Assembly (NCBI GenBank): GCA_002269645.1
Contig: NIVC01002848.1
Span: 1-64,000 of the forward strand
DNA: 64,000 nt
Reading direction: 5' to 3'
Source: Macrostomum lignano
Lineage: Eukaryota
Translations under genes and position numbers: made by a program
The notes under the pieces: model-generated
What the model was told of the DNA's origin: nothing
Database searches by the model: none
The model's input: the letters and a program-made list of their open reading frames with translations, nothing else
In this document: positions 42,223 through 57,912 of the stretch, one piece after another
Position numbering within the stretch: position 1 is the first letter of the stretch
How the letters are laid out: each line of letters opens with the position of its first letter

Positions 42223-44997
42223 TGTTGTACTTTGAGGCAGCGTGGCCAATTGAATACGATGCGAGAAGCAATTGCAGGGTAGAAAAAGCTTGCTTTGAAA
42301 AAGATTTTCTCCTTATCTGTTGGCGGCTCCTTCCAGTTGGCTTGCAGCTTTGCGGCGACACTGCGAATGAGCGGATCGGCCTGCGAGTGCTTGTCCAGCA
42401 GCTCGGCCGATAGAATCCCGTCTAGCACCTGGTGGATGTCGGCCATCTCGTCGTCGTCGTCGCCGCTGTCTGTCGACTCAGATGGTCGCTCGAAACGGGA
42501 CAGGAAGTCTGGCACAATTTTGTCTTGACTCTTTTCCAGGCTTATACTCGACGTTGAAGTTGTACTGCAGGAGCCGGTCGTTCCATCGGTGGATGCGCAG
42601 CGGCTTGTGCCCGGTGCCTTGGGTACACAGCAGTGCCTTGAGAGCCGAATGGTCAGTGCGTAAAGTCAGCCGTCTGCCGTAGGTGTAGATGTGCCAGCGC
42701 TCGAGAGCCCAGATGCACGCCAGAGCCTCTTTCTCACGTTGGTGTCAGTGCTCGCGAGGCGTAGGCCACCAGCTTCTCTGACTCGCCTACGCGTTGAAGC
42801 AGCACCGCGCCAAGCGCGAAGTCAGACGCGTCGCACTCGACGATGGTGTCAGCGTTGCAGTCGAAGTGGCTTAGCACCGGCGGACTCGTCAGCTGTTGCT
42901 TGAGCTCGGCGAAAGCAGCGTTGCATTCGCTCGTCCAGTGGAAGACGGTGTCCTTCTTGAGCAGCTCTCGCAGTGGTCTCGCCGTCTTGGCGAAGTCGGG
43001 TATGAACTTGGCGAAGTAGTTGACGGTTGCCAGGAATGACGAGACGCCCCGCGCTGTCGTCGGTGCCGGGATGCGGAGCACATCTTTATGTTAGACTTGG
43101 ACGGTCGAACTCCATCGGCTGAGATCCTGCAGCCCAAGAACACGATCTCCGGGGACGCCGATCTGGCATTTCTCCTTGTTCAGCGTCAGCCCGGTTTCGC
43201 TGAGACGTTCGAGTACTGCCTGAAGCCGCTTGCCGTGCTCGTCAGAGTTGACGCCGAGAATGACGATGTCGTCCACTGAGTGCCGGACACCATTGATGTC
43301 GGCCAGAACGGTTGACAGGATTTTCTGGAAACAGGCACAAGAACTGGACATGCCAAACGGGACCCTCGTGAACTGGTAGAGCCCGCAGTGAGTGATGAAC
43401 GCGGTCAGCTGCCTACTGCCGGGGTGCAGTGGGATCTGCAGGTAGCTTTGCTTCAGGTCCAGCTTGCTGAAGATCTGCGCGCCTGCAAACTCTGCGGCCA
43501 GCTCCTCCTGGGTCGGCACGGGAAACTTATCCGGGTTGATCCCTTGGTTGCAGTTGCGCAGGTCAACGCACAGTCGCAGGTCGCCATTCTTCTTCTTGGA
43601 TACGACTAGATTGGACACCTAGGGAGAGGCATCAATCTTCTCGATGACACCTGCGGCCTCCATCTTACTTAGCTCGTCCTTCACGCGGTCCTGAAGTGCC
43701 AGCGGCACCCGGCGCAGCGGCTGAACTGTCGGTGTCGCATCTTGGCGCAGCTGTGGTCGATGGCAAAACTTCTTGGCCATACCGATGCCGTCGAAGATTC
43801 CCGGGAACTCTCCAGCGATTGATCGATGTTGTTGATTGCGTTGACTCGGATTGAGAATCCCAGCTTGTCCATGCCGTCCAGACCAAGGATGTTAGCACCT
43901 CGTCGTGCGATGAAGAAGCGGCAGATGGCGGACTTGCCGCAGTGCACAACGCACAGCTCTGCGGTCCCGAGCACGTCAATTGCAGAGCCTGTGTACGAGA
44001 ACAGCTGCTTCGGAGTCGGCGTGATGACCGGTTGCTTCGGCAGGCGTTTCACGGTCTTCTCGTTGATGATGTTGACTCTTGAGCCCGTGTCCAATAGGAG
44101 ACTGACGTCGATGTCAGCGATGCTGCACGTCGCGAAGTTAAGGAGCGACGCTTCATATTCTACCGCAGATACTACGAATGGCTCGTCGCCTTCGTCCTTT
44201 ACGGTGCGAACCTGGCGTCGCTGTCGGCAGCAAGCTTTGAAGTGTCCGACCTTGTGGCAGTGCAAGCAGGTCTCTCCATAAGCAGTCGCTCTCGAATGCG
44301 CGGCGAATGGGTCTTCTCGATGATCTGGTCCCGGATCATCTGATCACGGAGAGCCCCGTATTCGCAGTCTGCCGCGAGTTCTCGGAGGGCGTCGACGAAC
44401 TGGCTGACTGGCTCGCCTGGCATCTGGGCGCGCGACTTGAACTTTTAGCGGTTTCTGATTGTGCTGTGCGACTGACCGAAGATCGTTTTCAGTGCAGCCA
44501 CCAGCTTGTTAAACGTATCAACGCTCGTTGTTGGGCAGATTCCTCAGCGCGTAGACTCTCTGGCCTTCCTCGCCTATAGTAGATGAAGATGAACGAGAAT
44601 CGCCTTCTTGCGTGCATCCGATGCTTCATTTAGGTCCAAGGCCTCCAGATAAATCTTGAATCCTTCGATCCAAAGATTCCAAGGCGTGTGTGGCTGTCCT
44701 GGGTGGGCGAGAAACACGCGTGGCTCGGAAATGCTCAGACTCGTCGCCATGTTGTATTTTAAGAGGCAGCGTGGCCAAATGAATAAGATGCGAGAAGCGA
44801 TTGCAGGGTAGAAAAGTCACAAAGGCTTAAAAGGCCGGTGCGCACTTATATTATAGTTAAACTACTAACCAGCATGATTCAGCAGACATCAAACCCCCCA
44901 CCCGGCCTAGCTAGGCCGGTCTGGGCAGACAGACGAACCCTCTCCCCCCAATCAGAACGCAAGAGCCCTAACCGGTGTACAAGCCGCATACACAACA
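42223..44997 (-). mobile_element. Gypsy (Mag-like) LTR retrotransposon, frameshifted, with integrase deleted
   Basis: 5' LTR 44997-44750 (TGTTG...CAACA) and PBS-like TGGCGACGAG at 44749-44740. Gag PWNLWIEGFKIY, zinc knuckle CLHCHKVGHFKACC, protease LLDTGSRVNII, RT FSKLDLKQSYLQIPL and SVDD, RNase H CDASDFALGAVLLQ and TDHSAL. A 65-bp 3' LTR remnant lies at 42223-42287. Confidence 0.93.
44750..44997 (-). repeat. 5' LTR of the Gypsy element (~248 bp)
   Basis: Terminal inverted repeat TGTTGTGT/ATACAACA. Its last ~65 nt are repeated at 42223-42287 with roughly 10% divergence. Confidence 0.8.
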
Positions 44998-46394
44998 CAG
45001 GGTGGTGCGTTGCGTGTTTTAGGGAGATCCTTCATACCGTACTGCTTGTTATTTTTTAATTTATTTTAACAATATTCTATACGCATTAATTATCGCGCTT
45101 ATGTTACTGTTAAATGTTTAGTTTTTTGTAGCCTCGTATGTATTTATTTTATTATTTGTATTTCATTCCATCGTTATTATTTCTCGTAAAGTAGTTCTAT
45201 CTATGTACATGTACGGTCGTTATGTTATTCTTGCACGATATATTTTATCGATTACATTGCGCGTGGGGGTCCGGCTTTTGGATTAGGGGTGTTGTTATCT
45301 GTTTAGCTACCAATCAAATATACACTTGCAGTCAGCGGCCGCTCTCTCCCTTCGCTCCCTCGTTGCTTCGCTTCTCGCTCTAGGCTCGCGAACCCCTTAG
45401 CTATCCGGCCTCCTTGCCTCAACTCTCCTGCCGCCTACCTCGGCCCAACAGCCAATCAACTGAATCCCGATCTTTGCAAGGCATAACGCTTCAAAGTAAC
45501 GCTAAGGGTGAAAGCGGCTTGCCGATCTGCTAAATCTAAATAGTGAACTATCCAATTAACCGCTAAACAAACCGTCTTCCTGCCTTTATTCGTCACATGG
45601 GGGTTTATATATTCGGATCCAGGTAAGCTCGTCAACTTTTTATTCGTCAACTGTGTTGACGAGTTTACCACGGTTTGCATAGCGCGTAACTGATATGCAG
45701 TATAACAAAAGTGTATAGAAGTAAGAGATGGAAACAGAAGCATATGGTAGACTGCTGGGTGCTGCAGTGCGCTGCTGTCTCTTATCCAGTCAATCTAGCA
45801 AAAAGACATTCCGCGGCGATAGATGATCTGCCGATCTGGCGACAGTAAAGGCTAGGCAGGCATTGTCACGATTGACAAATTGTCATGTCCTATGCCTAAA
45901 AACCAGCATTACCATGACACGGCTCGGCTCATTGTTTTTACGCCACACTTAGAGACTCGGCGGCCGTGTCTATAATGCAGAAACTTATAGACACGGCGGC
46001 CGTGTCTCCAATAGTGACTAGGTCCATACTTGGGTCATGGGTCAGAGACAAGGACAGGAAAAAGATCTTGATACGTGCGGCTTCAACAATCTAGATCAGA
46101 TTTTGATTTAATGAAACAGTTTGCAGTAAGGTGGAGCAATGGATGTGCATTTAAAATTACTGGAGACTTACAACTGATTGCTGAGTTAAGAAAGCCATAT
46201 GGAGTTCGGCAATCCATAACTTGACAACTAGAAGTACATGTAAGTTTATGCACTATAGATAGGCAGTACACTCCTAGAAAACAAGACAAAGCGCCGGCTT
46301 CAAAACAAGAGGGTTTGAATTGACATTGAATTACCGCGTACGAATATAGCTCGTACAGCAGTAACATTTTATATTATGGATGGACGGATTTAGC

Positions 46395-47050
46395 TCAACA
46401 ACAACATCAACAAGGTACTGCTCCCGCCGGCCACGCAGTAGCCAGAAAGGGGGGAGCAGTCAGAAAGCGCGTCTCTGGGCCATTGCCCTCAGGAAGTCGC
46501 ATCCCCCTGCTTGGTCCGGGGCGCCAGCGTCACTCAGAAGTCGGTCAGGGTATCGCACCGTTCGCCCTTGGCCTCACCTCCGCGGTCCCTGCAGCTTGAG
46601 CAGCAGCACGTCGTGTAGCGGCTCAGGACAGCGGGCCTCCGACCGGATGACGTGGCCAGCCAGTCGAAGTCGCCGCCCGCGCAGCAGGTCAGAAGGCCGC
46701 GTCAGGCGCGCCCTAGTGTAGAGCGCGGCATTGGTCTCGCTGCCTGGGCCGCTGCGCACTCCGAAAGCCGCACGCAGCATAGCCGCATGCGCAGCGTCCA
46801 GCTGCCTCTCCAAGGCGTCCGTCAGGGTCCAAGTCTCGGCGTTGTACAACAGGACAGTCTCGACGACTGCCTGAAACAGCCGAGCCTTGAGCCCGTCGTC
46901 CAGGGCCTCAGATTGGAGCACGGAGCGCACAGATCGAAATGCGGCCCAGGCCAGTCCTCGTCGTCTCTTCAGGTCGTCGGCAACGTCCGGCACGGAACCG
47001 CCGAGGTACACAAAGCGCTCGCAGCGGGTAAGCATAAATGCATTCCCGGC
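46395..47050 (-). mobile_element. 5'-truncated RTE-clade non-LTR retrotransposon (C-terminal RT region plus 3' UTR)
   Basis: FVYLGG..DLKRRRGLAWAAF..KARLFQAVVETVLLYNAETWTLT..RRLRLAGHVIR is the typical post-RT region of RTE LINEs. It ends in a (TTG)n tail near 46395-46412. Confidence 0.85.
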
Positions 47051-47911
47051 AGCGTCTCGGTAATTAATCTCGGCCGGCTAAGTCGGAGGGCACCGTGAAC
47101 ACTACCGTCTTCTATATTTAGCTATATTACCATTAAAACTAGACTGTTTCAGAGTGCATTGCGTTTAGTTAGTTTGCATCACATATATAGTCTGATTGCG
47201 GATATTTATTTGCTGAGAATTAATACTCCTGGTACTACTTTTTGCGCCAATAATTAGCCTAATATATACATTCAAGTGTCGGATTTACTCGTATCTACCC
47301 AGATAATAATTTACGTAAACTACGAACAACATGTATAAGATAAGCATGTGGGGACAAGAACGACATTTACTTTATGAATTATTGTGTACGACTGAGTAGG
47401 ATAACCTTGAGCTCAATTTTCTACATATATCCAATTCATACAAACCCATTCGACTCGAGTAAATAAGACAAACAGACAAAAACATCGTAAATTGGTTTAA
47501 AGCATTTTACACAGCTAAAAGCAACAAAAACATTTAAAAAAGTTGAATAGTGTATTTTTGCACATGATTACTCTTCCATATAGTAGTTCCGGATGACACA
47601 AGTAACTGCACAAAAGTAACAATATACAAATAGTAATATATTTGCGCCATAGAAAACCGCTGACGACAACAAATATGCTAAAAATCTACAGTGTACTATA
47701 TTTGTTGACAAAAAAATCACAAAAATATTGAACGATAAACTCAGGAGAGTACGAGTATGTAAATTTCATGAAAGTAGACTTTTGTAGATAGAAAAAAATG
47801 CGTTCAACAAAAACAACAATGACTTATTCGGTCTGTTTACCAATGAAAACGAGATTAAGCGAGAATTTGTAGTACATTATACAAGTCGACCATAACAAGT
47901 CGTCATCGCGC

Positions 47912-51388
<3,477 letters not shown>

Positions 51389-51589
51389 TTTGCTTTTCGT
51401 ACGTTGGTATTATAATTATAACTAATATTAATAACGCTTAGTTGCGTTGTTTAACGGAGAATCTAGCAGCTGGTTCATTGAACTTTTTTGTCTCGCGACT
51501 GCAGAGTTCAAGGCTTCAAGTGCTGCAATTGAGAAGTAAGATTATGCAAAATTATACATAAAGAGTATCTGGAGTAGCAAAAAAGTTAT

Positions 51590-53140
51590 AGGCAGATAGC
51601 CCTAACTGGTGACAGGGAAGATAGTCAGTCTTACTTGAATACAGGGGAGATAGCCCTACCTGGTGTCAGGGGAGATAGCCCTACCTGGTGTCAGGGGAGA
51701 TAGCCCTACCTGGTGTCAGGGGAGATAGCCCTACCTGGTGTCAGGGGAGATAGCCCTACCTGGTGTCAGGGGAGATAGCCCTACCTGGTGTCAGGGGAGA
51801 TAGCCCTACCTGGTGTCAGGGGAGATAGCCCTACCTGGTGACAGGGGAGATAGCCCTACCTGGTGACAGGGAAGATAGTCAGTCTTACTTAAATACAGGG
51901 GAGATAGCCCTACCTGGTGTCAGGGGAGATAGCCCTACCTGGTGTCAGGGGAGATAGCCCTACCTGGTGTCAGGGGAGATAGCCCTACCTGGTGACAGGG
52001 GAGATAGCCCTACCTGGTGTCAGGGGAGATAGCCCTACCTGGTGACAGGGGAGATAGCCCTACCTGGTGACAGGGGAGATAGCCCTACCTGGTGTCAGGG
52101 GAGATAGCCCTACCTGGTGTCAGGGGAGATAGCCCTACCTGGTGACAGGGGAGATAGCCCTACCTGGTGACAGGGGAGATAGCCCTACCTGGTGTCAGGG
52201 GAGATAGCCCTACCTGGTGACAGGGGAGATAGCCCTACCTGGTGTCAGGGGAGATAGCCCTACCTGGTGACAGGGGAGACAGCCCTACCTGGTGTCAGGG
52301 GAGATAGCCCTACCTGGTGACAGGAAAGATAACCATCCCTACCTGGTGACAGGGGATATAGCCCTACCTGGTGTCAGGGGAGATAGCCCTACCTGGTGAC
52401 AGGGAAGATAACCATCCCTACCTGGTGACAGGGGATATAGCCCTACCTGGTGTCAGGGGAGATAGCCCTACCTGATGACAGGAAAGATAACCATCCCTAC
52501 CTGGTGACAGGGGATATAGCCCTACCTGGTGTCAGGGGAGATAGCCATACCTGGTGACAGGGAAGATAGCTCTACCTGGTGACAGGGAGATAGCCCTACC
52601 TGGTGTCAGGGGAGATAACCATCCCTACCTGGTGACAGGGGAGATAGCCTACCTGGTGACAGGGGAGATAGCTCTACCTGGTGACAGGGGAGATAACCCT
52701 ACCTGGTGACAGGGGAGATAGCCCTACCTGGTGACAGGGGAGATAGCCTACCTGGTGACAGGGGAGATAGCTACCTGGTGACAGGGGAGATAGCCCTACC
52801 TGGTGACAGGGGAGATAGCCTACCTGGTGACAGGGGAGATAGCCGTACCTGGTGACAGGGGAGATAGCCGTACCTGGTGACAGGGGAGATAGCCCTACCT
52901 GGTGACAGGGTAGATAGCCCTACCTGGTGACAGGGGAGATAACCCTACCTGGTGTCAGGGGAGATAGCCCTACCTGGTGACAGGGGAGATAGCCGCACCT
53001 GGTGACAGGGGAGATAGCCCTACCTGGTGACAGGGGAGATAGCCGCACCTGGTGACAGGGGAGATAGCCCTACCTGGTGACAGGGGAGATAGCCCTACCT
53101 GGTGACAGGGGAGATAGCCCTACCTGGTGACAGGGGAGAT
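51590..53140. repeat. Minisatellite, 25-bp unit GGGGAGATAGCCCTACCTGGTG(T/A)CA, ~60 copies, between KIF23 and CRBN
   Basis: Directly visible. The minus strand carries CCAG|GTAGG in each unit. Confidence 0.97.
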
Positions 53141-53676
53141 ATTCTAATCGCAACAAATAAGGCAGAGCAATAGACCGACATAAGTACGCGAAACGCCATC
53201 TGCGGGTAAAAGTTGCATGTAAAAGCACAATTAGCTATATGAATGGTGACTGCTCGATTACTTATAAAAGGTACCAACGATTGATTGAAGCAATGTATCA
53301 ATGCATAAACAGAACTGATAGGCAGCGTATTAACTAATAAATTAATTAATTTACATTTGCAGAGTAAATTGCAGACCAAGAAAAATGCAAATATGTATAA
53401 TTTTTAGCACCAGAAATATAAGCACGAAGACTGTCTGGGAGGATTCTTAAAACAATGACAATAGATTCGGAAAGTTATATATTTTACTATACTATACAAT
53501 ACTATAAAATAAACAAATGCAACATTATAACAAAAAGTATGGGATACACCGTCACAAAATTATTATAAAAATAGGGCAGCTATACTAGTAGATTTGTGCG
53601 AAACTAAATTATAAAATAATTGATTCACTTATATAATAAAAATTGCTTTATTTCCGCCTCAAATTGGGGCGGAACT

Positions 53677-54145
53677 GTTGGGAATCCCCTGTCAAGGTCA
53701 GACCAATTTTTTCACAAATCACGAGACAATCGCGTGACTTCTAAATGACATTAGGGACTTTCTAACTGACATACTTTTAACACTGTTTAATTAAGACAAG
53801 TCTTTAAATGACTCAATGGCGTGATTTCAATATGACCTTGAGTGATTTTCAGCAGCCAATAGAATACGTACAATATTTAGTGACCTTGAAAATCAACTAG
53901 CAGCAATTGCGCACCTCGGGCAACAGAACTTTTTCAATGCACTCCTTCCCACTAGGCAAGTGGCGTGATTTTTAAATGACCTTGAGGGATTTCCTATAGG
54001 ACACATTATACAAATGATATTGTGACCTTGAAAATATCGCTATTGGCTGAAAGAGGAGTAACGTGACAGCAGTTATTCTCTAATGGATTTATTTACACGA
54101 GAGAATAGCGTGGCTTTGAATGGTGACCTTGAGGGAATTCCCAAC
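53677..54145. mobile_element. MITE-like element with ~22-bp TIRs and internal TGACCTTGA repeats
   Basis: Left GTTGGGAATCCCCTGTCAAGGTCA (53677-53700) is nearly the reverse complement of right TGACCTTGAGGGAATTCCCAAC (54124-54145). Confidence 0.75.
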
Positions 54146-54217
54146 TCTGAACGCCTCACAACTTCTTTGACTATACATTAGAAAATGTACGGAACAACAG
54201 ACAAAAGCTACTACTGA

Positions 54218-56501
54218 CTAGTCTTCGTCAGTAGACATCAGACTAGCGCCAGAATTATCCTCATCCTCGTCATTATTAATGTCGTCGGGCGACTCAGTTA
54301 AATGCAAAGGTCTCAGCTGTGTGCGCGGCGGCCCGTCGGCACCGCCGCCCGATGCTTTTCGTTTCCTGCCGCTGCCGCCGGTTAACCAGGAGCCGTCGCT
54401 GATACCGACTCTGGTTGGCGACATCTGGTATTGACATTAGTTTGGATGCATTGAAATTAGAATAAAAATTCAATCATTGTTACTCTCCGTATGGGATATA
54501 AATAGAGTGCAAATCTCAGATAATATTAGAAAGATTAATTTAAAGGAATTTTGAATTTAAACCGAGCCCTATCTTCATTGTGCAAAGAACACACAGACCT
54601 ACCTGTTCAAGCCTTTCAACATCGTTAAATCGCACAGCGGAGCCGCCACCAGCGGTGGGGGTGACGGAGCCCTTGTACACCTCAGTGCGCAGGCCGCCGC
54701 TGCCGTCGGCAGTCTGGTGCGTCAGCACATAGTCCGTGGCCTTGCGAATGTCCCGAACCTCCAGTTTGGTGACGGATTTCCGCTTGCCTGGCACCTTGGT
54801 GCACAACACAGTGCCGCTGGGTGTCTCGTGCTTGGCGTGGTGGTCCACCACCAGCTGCCCGGCGCTGCGGGACCTTCGGCGGTAGCGAGGATTCGACGGT
54901 GGCGGCGGCAGCTCTTGTGGCTGCGGCGGCGGTGCCTTCTGGCCGCTGGCGCCCGGGCTGAAGCGGCAGCGCAGGCGGCTGACGAGGCCTGGCGTTGGCG
55001 CGGCGGCTGCATCGGCGTTGAGCTGCTCCTGCGAGCGGCTGCGGCGGAGGCGCGGGCGGACCGCCGACTTCTGCACCGCGTCCTGCGGGGAGGGCGGGTG
55101 GAGCTTGAGATGCTGCATCACACATGCCTCATCTCTGCTGCCCCAGCATCCTCCATGCCTCATCTCTGCTGCCCCAGCATCTTCCAAGCATCATTTCTGC
55201 TGCCCCAGCATCTTCCATGCCTCATCTCTGTTGCCCCAGCATCTTCCATGCCTCATCTCTGCTGCCCCAGCATCCTCCGTACCTCATCTCTGCTGCCCCA
55301 GCATCTTCCATGCCTCATCTCTGCTGCCCCAGCATCTTCCATGCCTCATCTCTGCTGCCCAGCATCTTCCATGCCTCATCTCTGCTGCCCCAGCATCCTC
55401 CGTGCCTCATCTTTACTGCTCCAGCATCCCCAGCTTCATCAGTGCTCACCATGCGGTACTTGAACTGGTCTCGCAGCCTCTCCTTGTCAGCCCGCTCCTC
55501 CTTAGCTGGTTCTCCTGGCCCTCCAGTCTGCTCAGCAGTTCTTTCTTCCCCGTGTCCGCAGCTGCCCTGTCTTTGCACAGCCGCATCTCCGCGTTCCTCA
55601 GCCGCTTCTCCAGCCTCGCCTTCTCCGCCCGGTGCGCCGCCTGCAGCCGCTGCACCTCTTCGAGGAGGTCGCCGCTGCCGCTGCCGCCGTCCCAGACGGC
55701 GTCCAGCTCGGCCCTGAAGAGCCGCGCCCGCTGCTCCAGAGCTCCCACTGCGACTCCCGCAGCGAGCCGCCAGCTGCCGCGGTCGCCGAGTCCGGCGCTG
55801 ACGGAGACACCGGCAGGATGCTGTCGAACTGCCACATGCGGCCGCCGCTGCCGTCCTCCGCCGACTCCGACGACGATGGCGGCGCCGACGGCACCTGCGG
55901 CGCGCGGCGTTGCGGCCTGCCAGCGGGCGTCTGCGGCACCTTGGAGCGGACGACCTGCGGGGATTGCGGAAGATGGGCTTATGATGGGGATCAGCGATGA
56001 GGATCAGTGATGGGGATAAGTGTTGGGGATAAGTGAAGGGGATCAGTGATGAGGATCAGTAATGAGAACCAGAATAAACTTAGATGGAGATGACAGGTTA
56101 TTAATGGGAAAAACAAGACAGAAGCTGATCAGCACCCACCTGCACTTCGGAGGCCATCTCAGCGAACTTCAGGACGTTCGCCGTCTCCTCGACCTCCTCG
56201 GCGTTGCGGTTGACGCAGAGGACCATCTTGACGGAGCCGTCACCGTCAAAGAAGTTCTTGAACAGCTGCGTCATCTTGCTCTCCCGGTACGGGACAATCT
56301 TAGTGGCGGCGTTGGCGCCCCGGCGCTCACAGCTCGCTGGTTCTCCCTCAGAGCCTCGATGCACCGCTTCAGCACCAGCAGCGAGTTGTTGATGTTGGAC
56401 GCCTCCCGCAGGCGGCTGCCCGCGTTGCCCGTGCGGAGCGACCGCTCGGAGCCCGCGAGGTCCACCAGGCAGAGCTGGCTGACGTGGAGGAGGCTCTTGT
56501 C
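54218..56501 (-). CDS. KIF23: Kinesin-6 MKLP1/Pavarotti, 3' half; exons 56501-56140, 55954-55450, 55082-54603, 54424-54218; three apparent 1-nt deletions; 5' exons absent
   Basis: [26 protein letters not shown] and [29 protein letters not shown] are the kinesin-6 motor end. A coiled coil follows, then [37 protein letters not shown] (MKLP1 Arf6-binding tail) and GSGRKRKAS. Confidence 0.9.
55125..55440. repeat. Minisatellite, 31-bp unit CATGCCTCATCTCTGCTGCCCCAGCATCTTC, KIF23 intron
   Basis: Directly visible. Confidence 0.93.
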
Positions 56502-56514
56502 CTGCAGGACGGAG

Positions 56515-56770
56515 TGTACTTTTATAATCACCAATGGTTTCAGGGTGTACTTTTATAATCACCAATGGGTTCAGGGTGTACTTTTATAATCACGAATGGG
56601 TTCGGGTGTACTTTTATAATCACGAATGGGTTCAGGGTGTACTTTTATAATCACCAATGGGTTCAGGGTGTACTTTTATAATCACAATGGGTTCATGGTG
56701 TACTTTTATAATCACCAATGGGTTCGGGGTGTACTTTTATAATCACTGATGGGTTCAGGATGTACTTTTT
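56515..56770. repeat. Minisatellite, 31-bp unit GGGTGTACTTTTATAATCACCAATGGGTTCA running into the gap
   Basis: Directly visible. Confidence 0.93.
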
Positions 56771-57048
56771 NNNNNNNNNNNNNNNNNNNNNNNNNNNNNN
56801 NNNNNNNNNNNNNNNNNNNNNNNNNNNNNNNNNNNNNNNNNNNNNNNNNNNNNNNNNNNNNNNNNNNNNNNNNNNNNNNNNNNNNNNNNNNNNNNNNNNN
56901 NNNNNNNNNNNNNNNNNNNNNNNNNNNNNNNNNNNNNNNNNNNNNNNNNNNNNNNNNNNNNNNNNNNNNNNNNNNNNNNNNNNNNNNNNNNNNNNNNNNN
57001 NNNNNNNNNNNNNNNNNNNNNNNNNNNNNNNNNNNNNNNNNNNNNNNN
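56771..57048. other. Assembly gap (278 N)
   Basis: Run of N. Confidence 1.
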
Positions 57049-57912
57049 AGAAATATTTATCTATTAAACTCTAATAGGGGCCTACTAAATTCTAAAGGCT
57101 AGGCCTAACTAGGTATAAAGCTTAAACCAAAGCTAAATAAACCAATATCTAAAATGAAGTTAAAAGAGAGACTTTAGTTAGTGTGTAATATAGGTCTAAC
57201 TTTCTGATAGGCTTTATACATATATAAAAAAAGCAAATTTGAATAAAAGCTATTATATGAAATAAAAAGCAATATAAATAATTTGGAAGGAAAAAGTAGA
57301 CCCTAATATGCCTAGGGCCTAGGCCTACTTTTTCATAGGCCCTAGGAAAAAACAATGTATAAATAAATATATAATCTAGCTTTAAGTTTAATTGAGATAA
57401 TAACAAACTATCATCTTTTAAAATAAAAATAGTTTTTTAAAATCTGTGAAAAAAAGTAAACACTGTCAATAATAGAATAAAACATATGAAAATATTTTCT
57501 TTTTTTAATCTCATACAGTCATAGGAGTCTTAGGCAGGGTAGCAATATCAGCCTAGGCACTTTTACTATAATAAATAAATTTAAAAGGAGATCTATTATT
57601 AAAGGCACCAATTAATAGGCCTAATAAAGAATATGAATAATGATGACAATGCAACATACTAGTAGTAATTAAAACTAAAAGCTAATTCAGCTTTTTCAGC
57701 CTCTTAGTCTTTCTTAGTCTTAGAAGTTTTTAGGCCTACAAGCTACAACTACAACTTATATAAATCACATTAGTCCTATAGGGCTACTGACTGATTAGGT
57801 TTATTTAGTGTCTTAAAATGTCACTTGTCACAGGTCTGTGCCTAGGCGGCTAGGCCTATCCTATGGTTATCCTGTGGCTGTGCACATGACACATTATTTT
57901 TTATTATAAATT

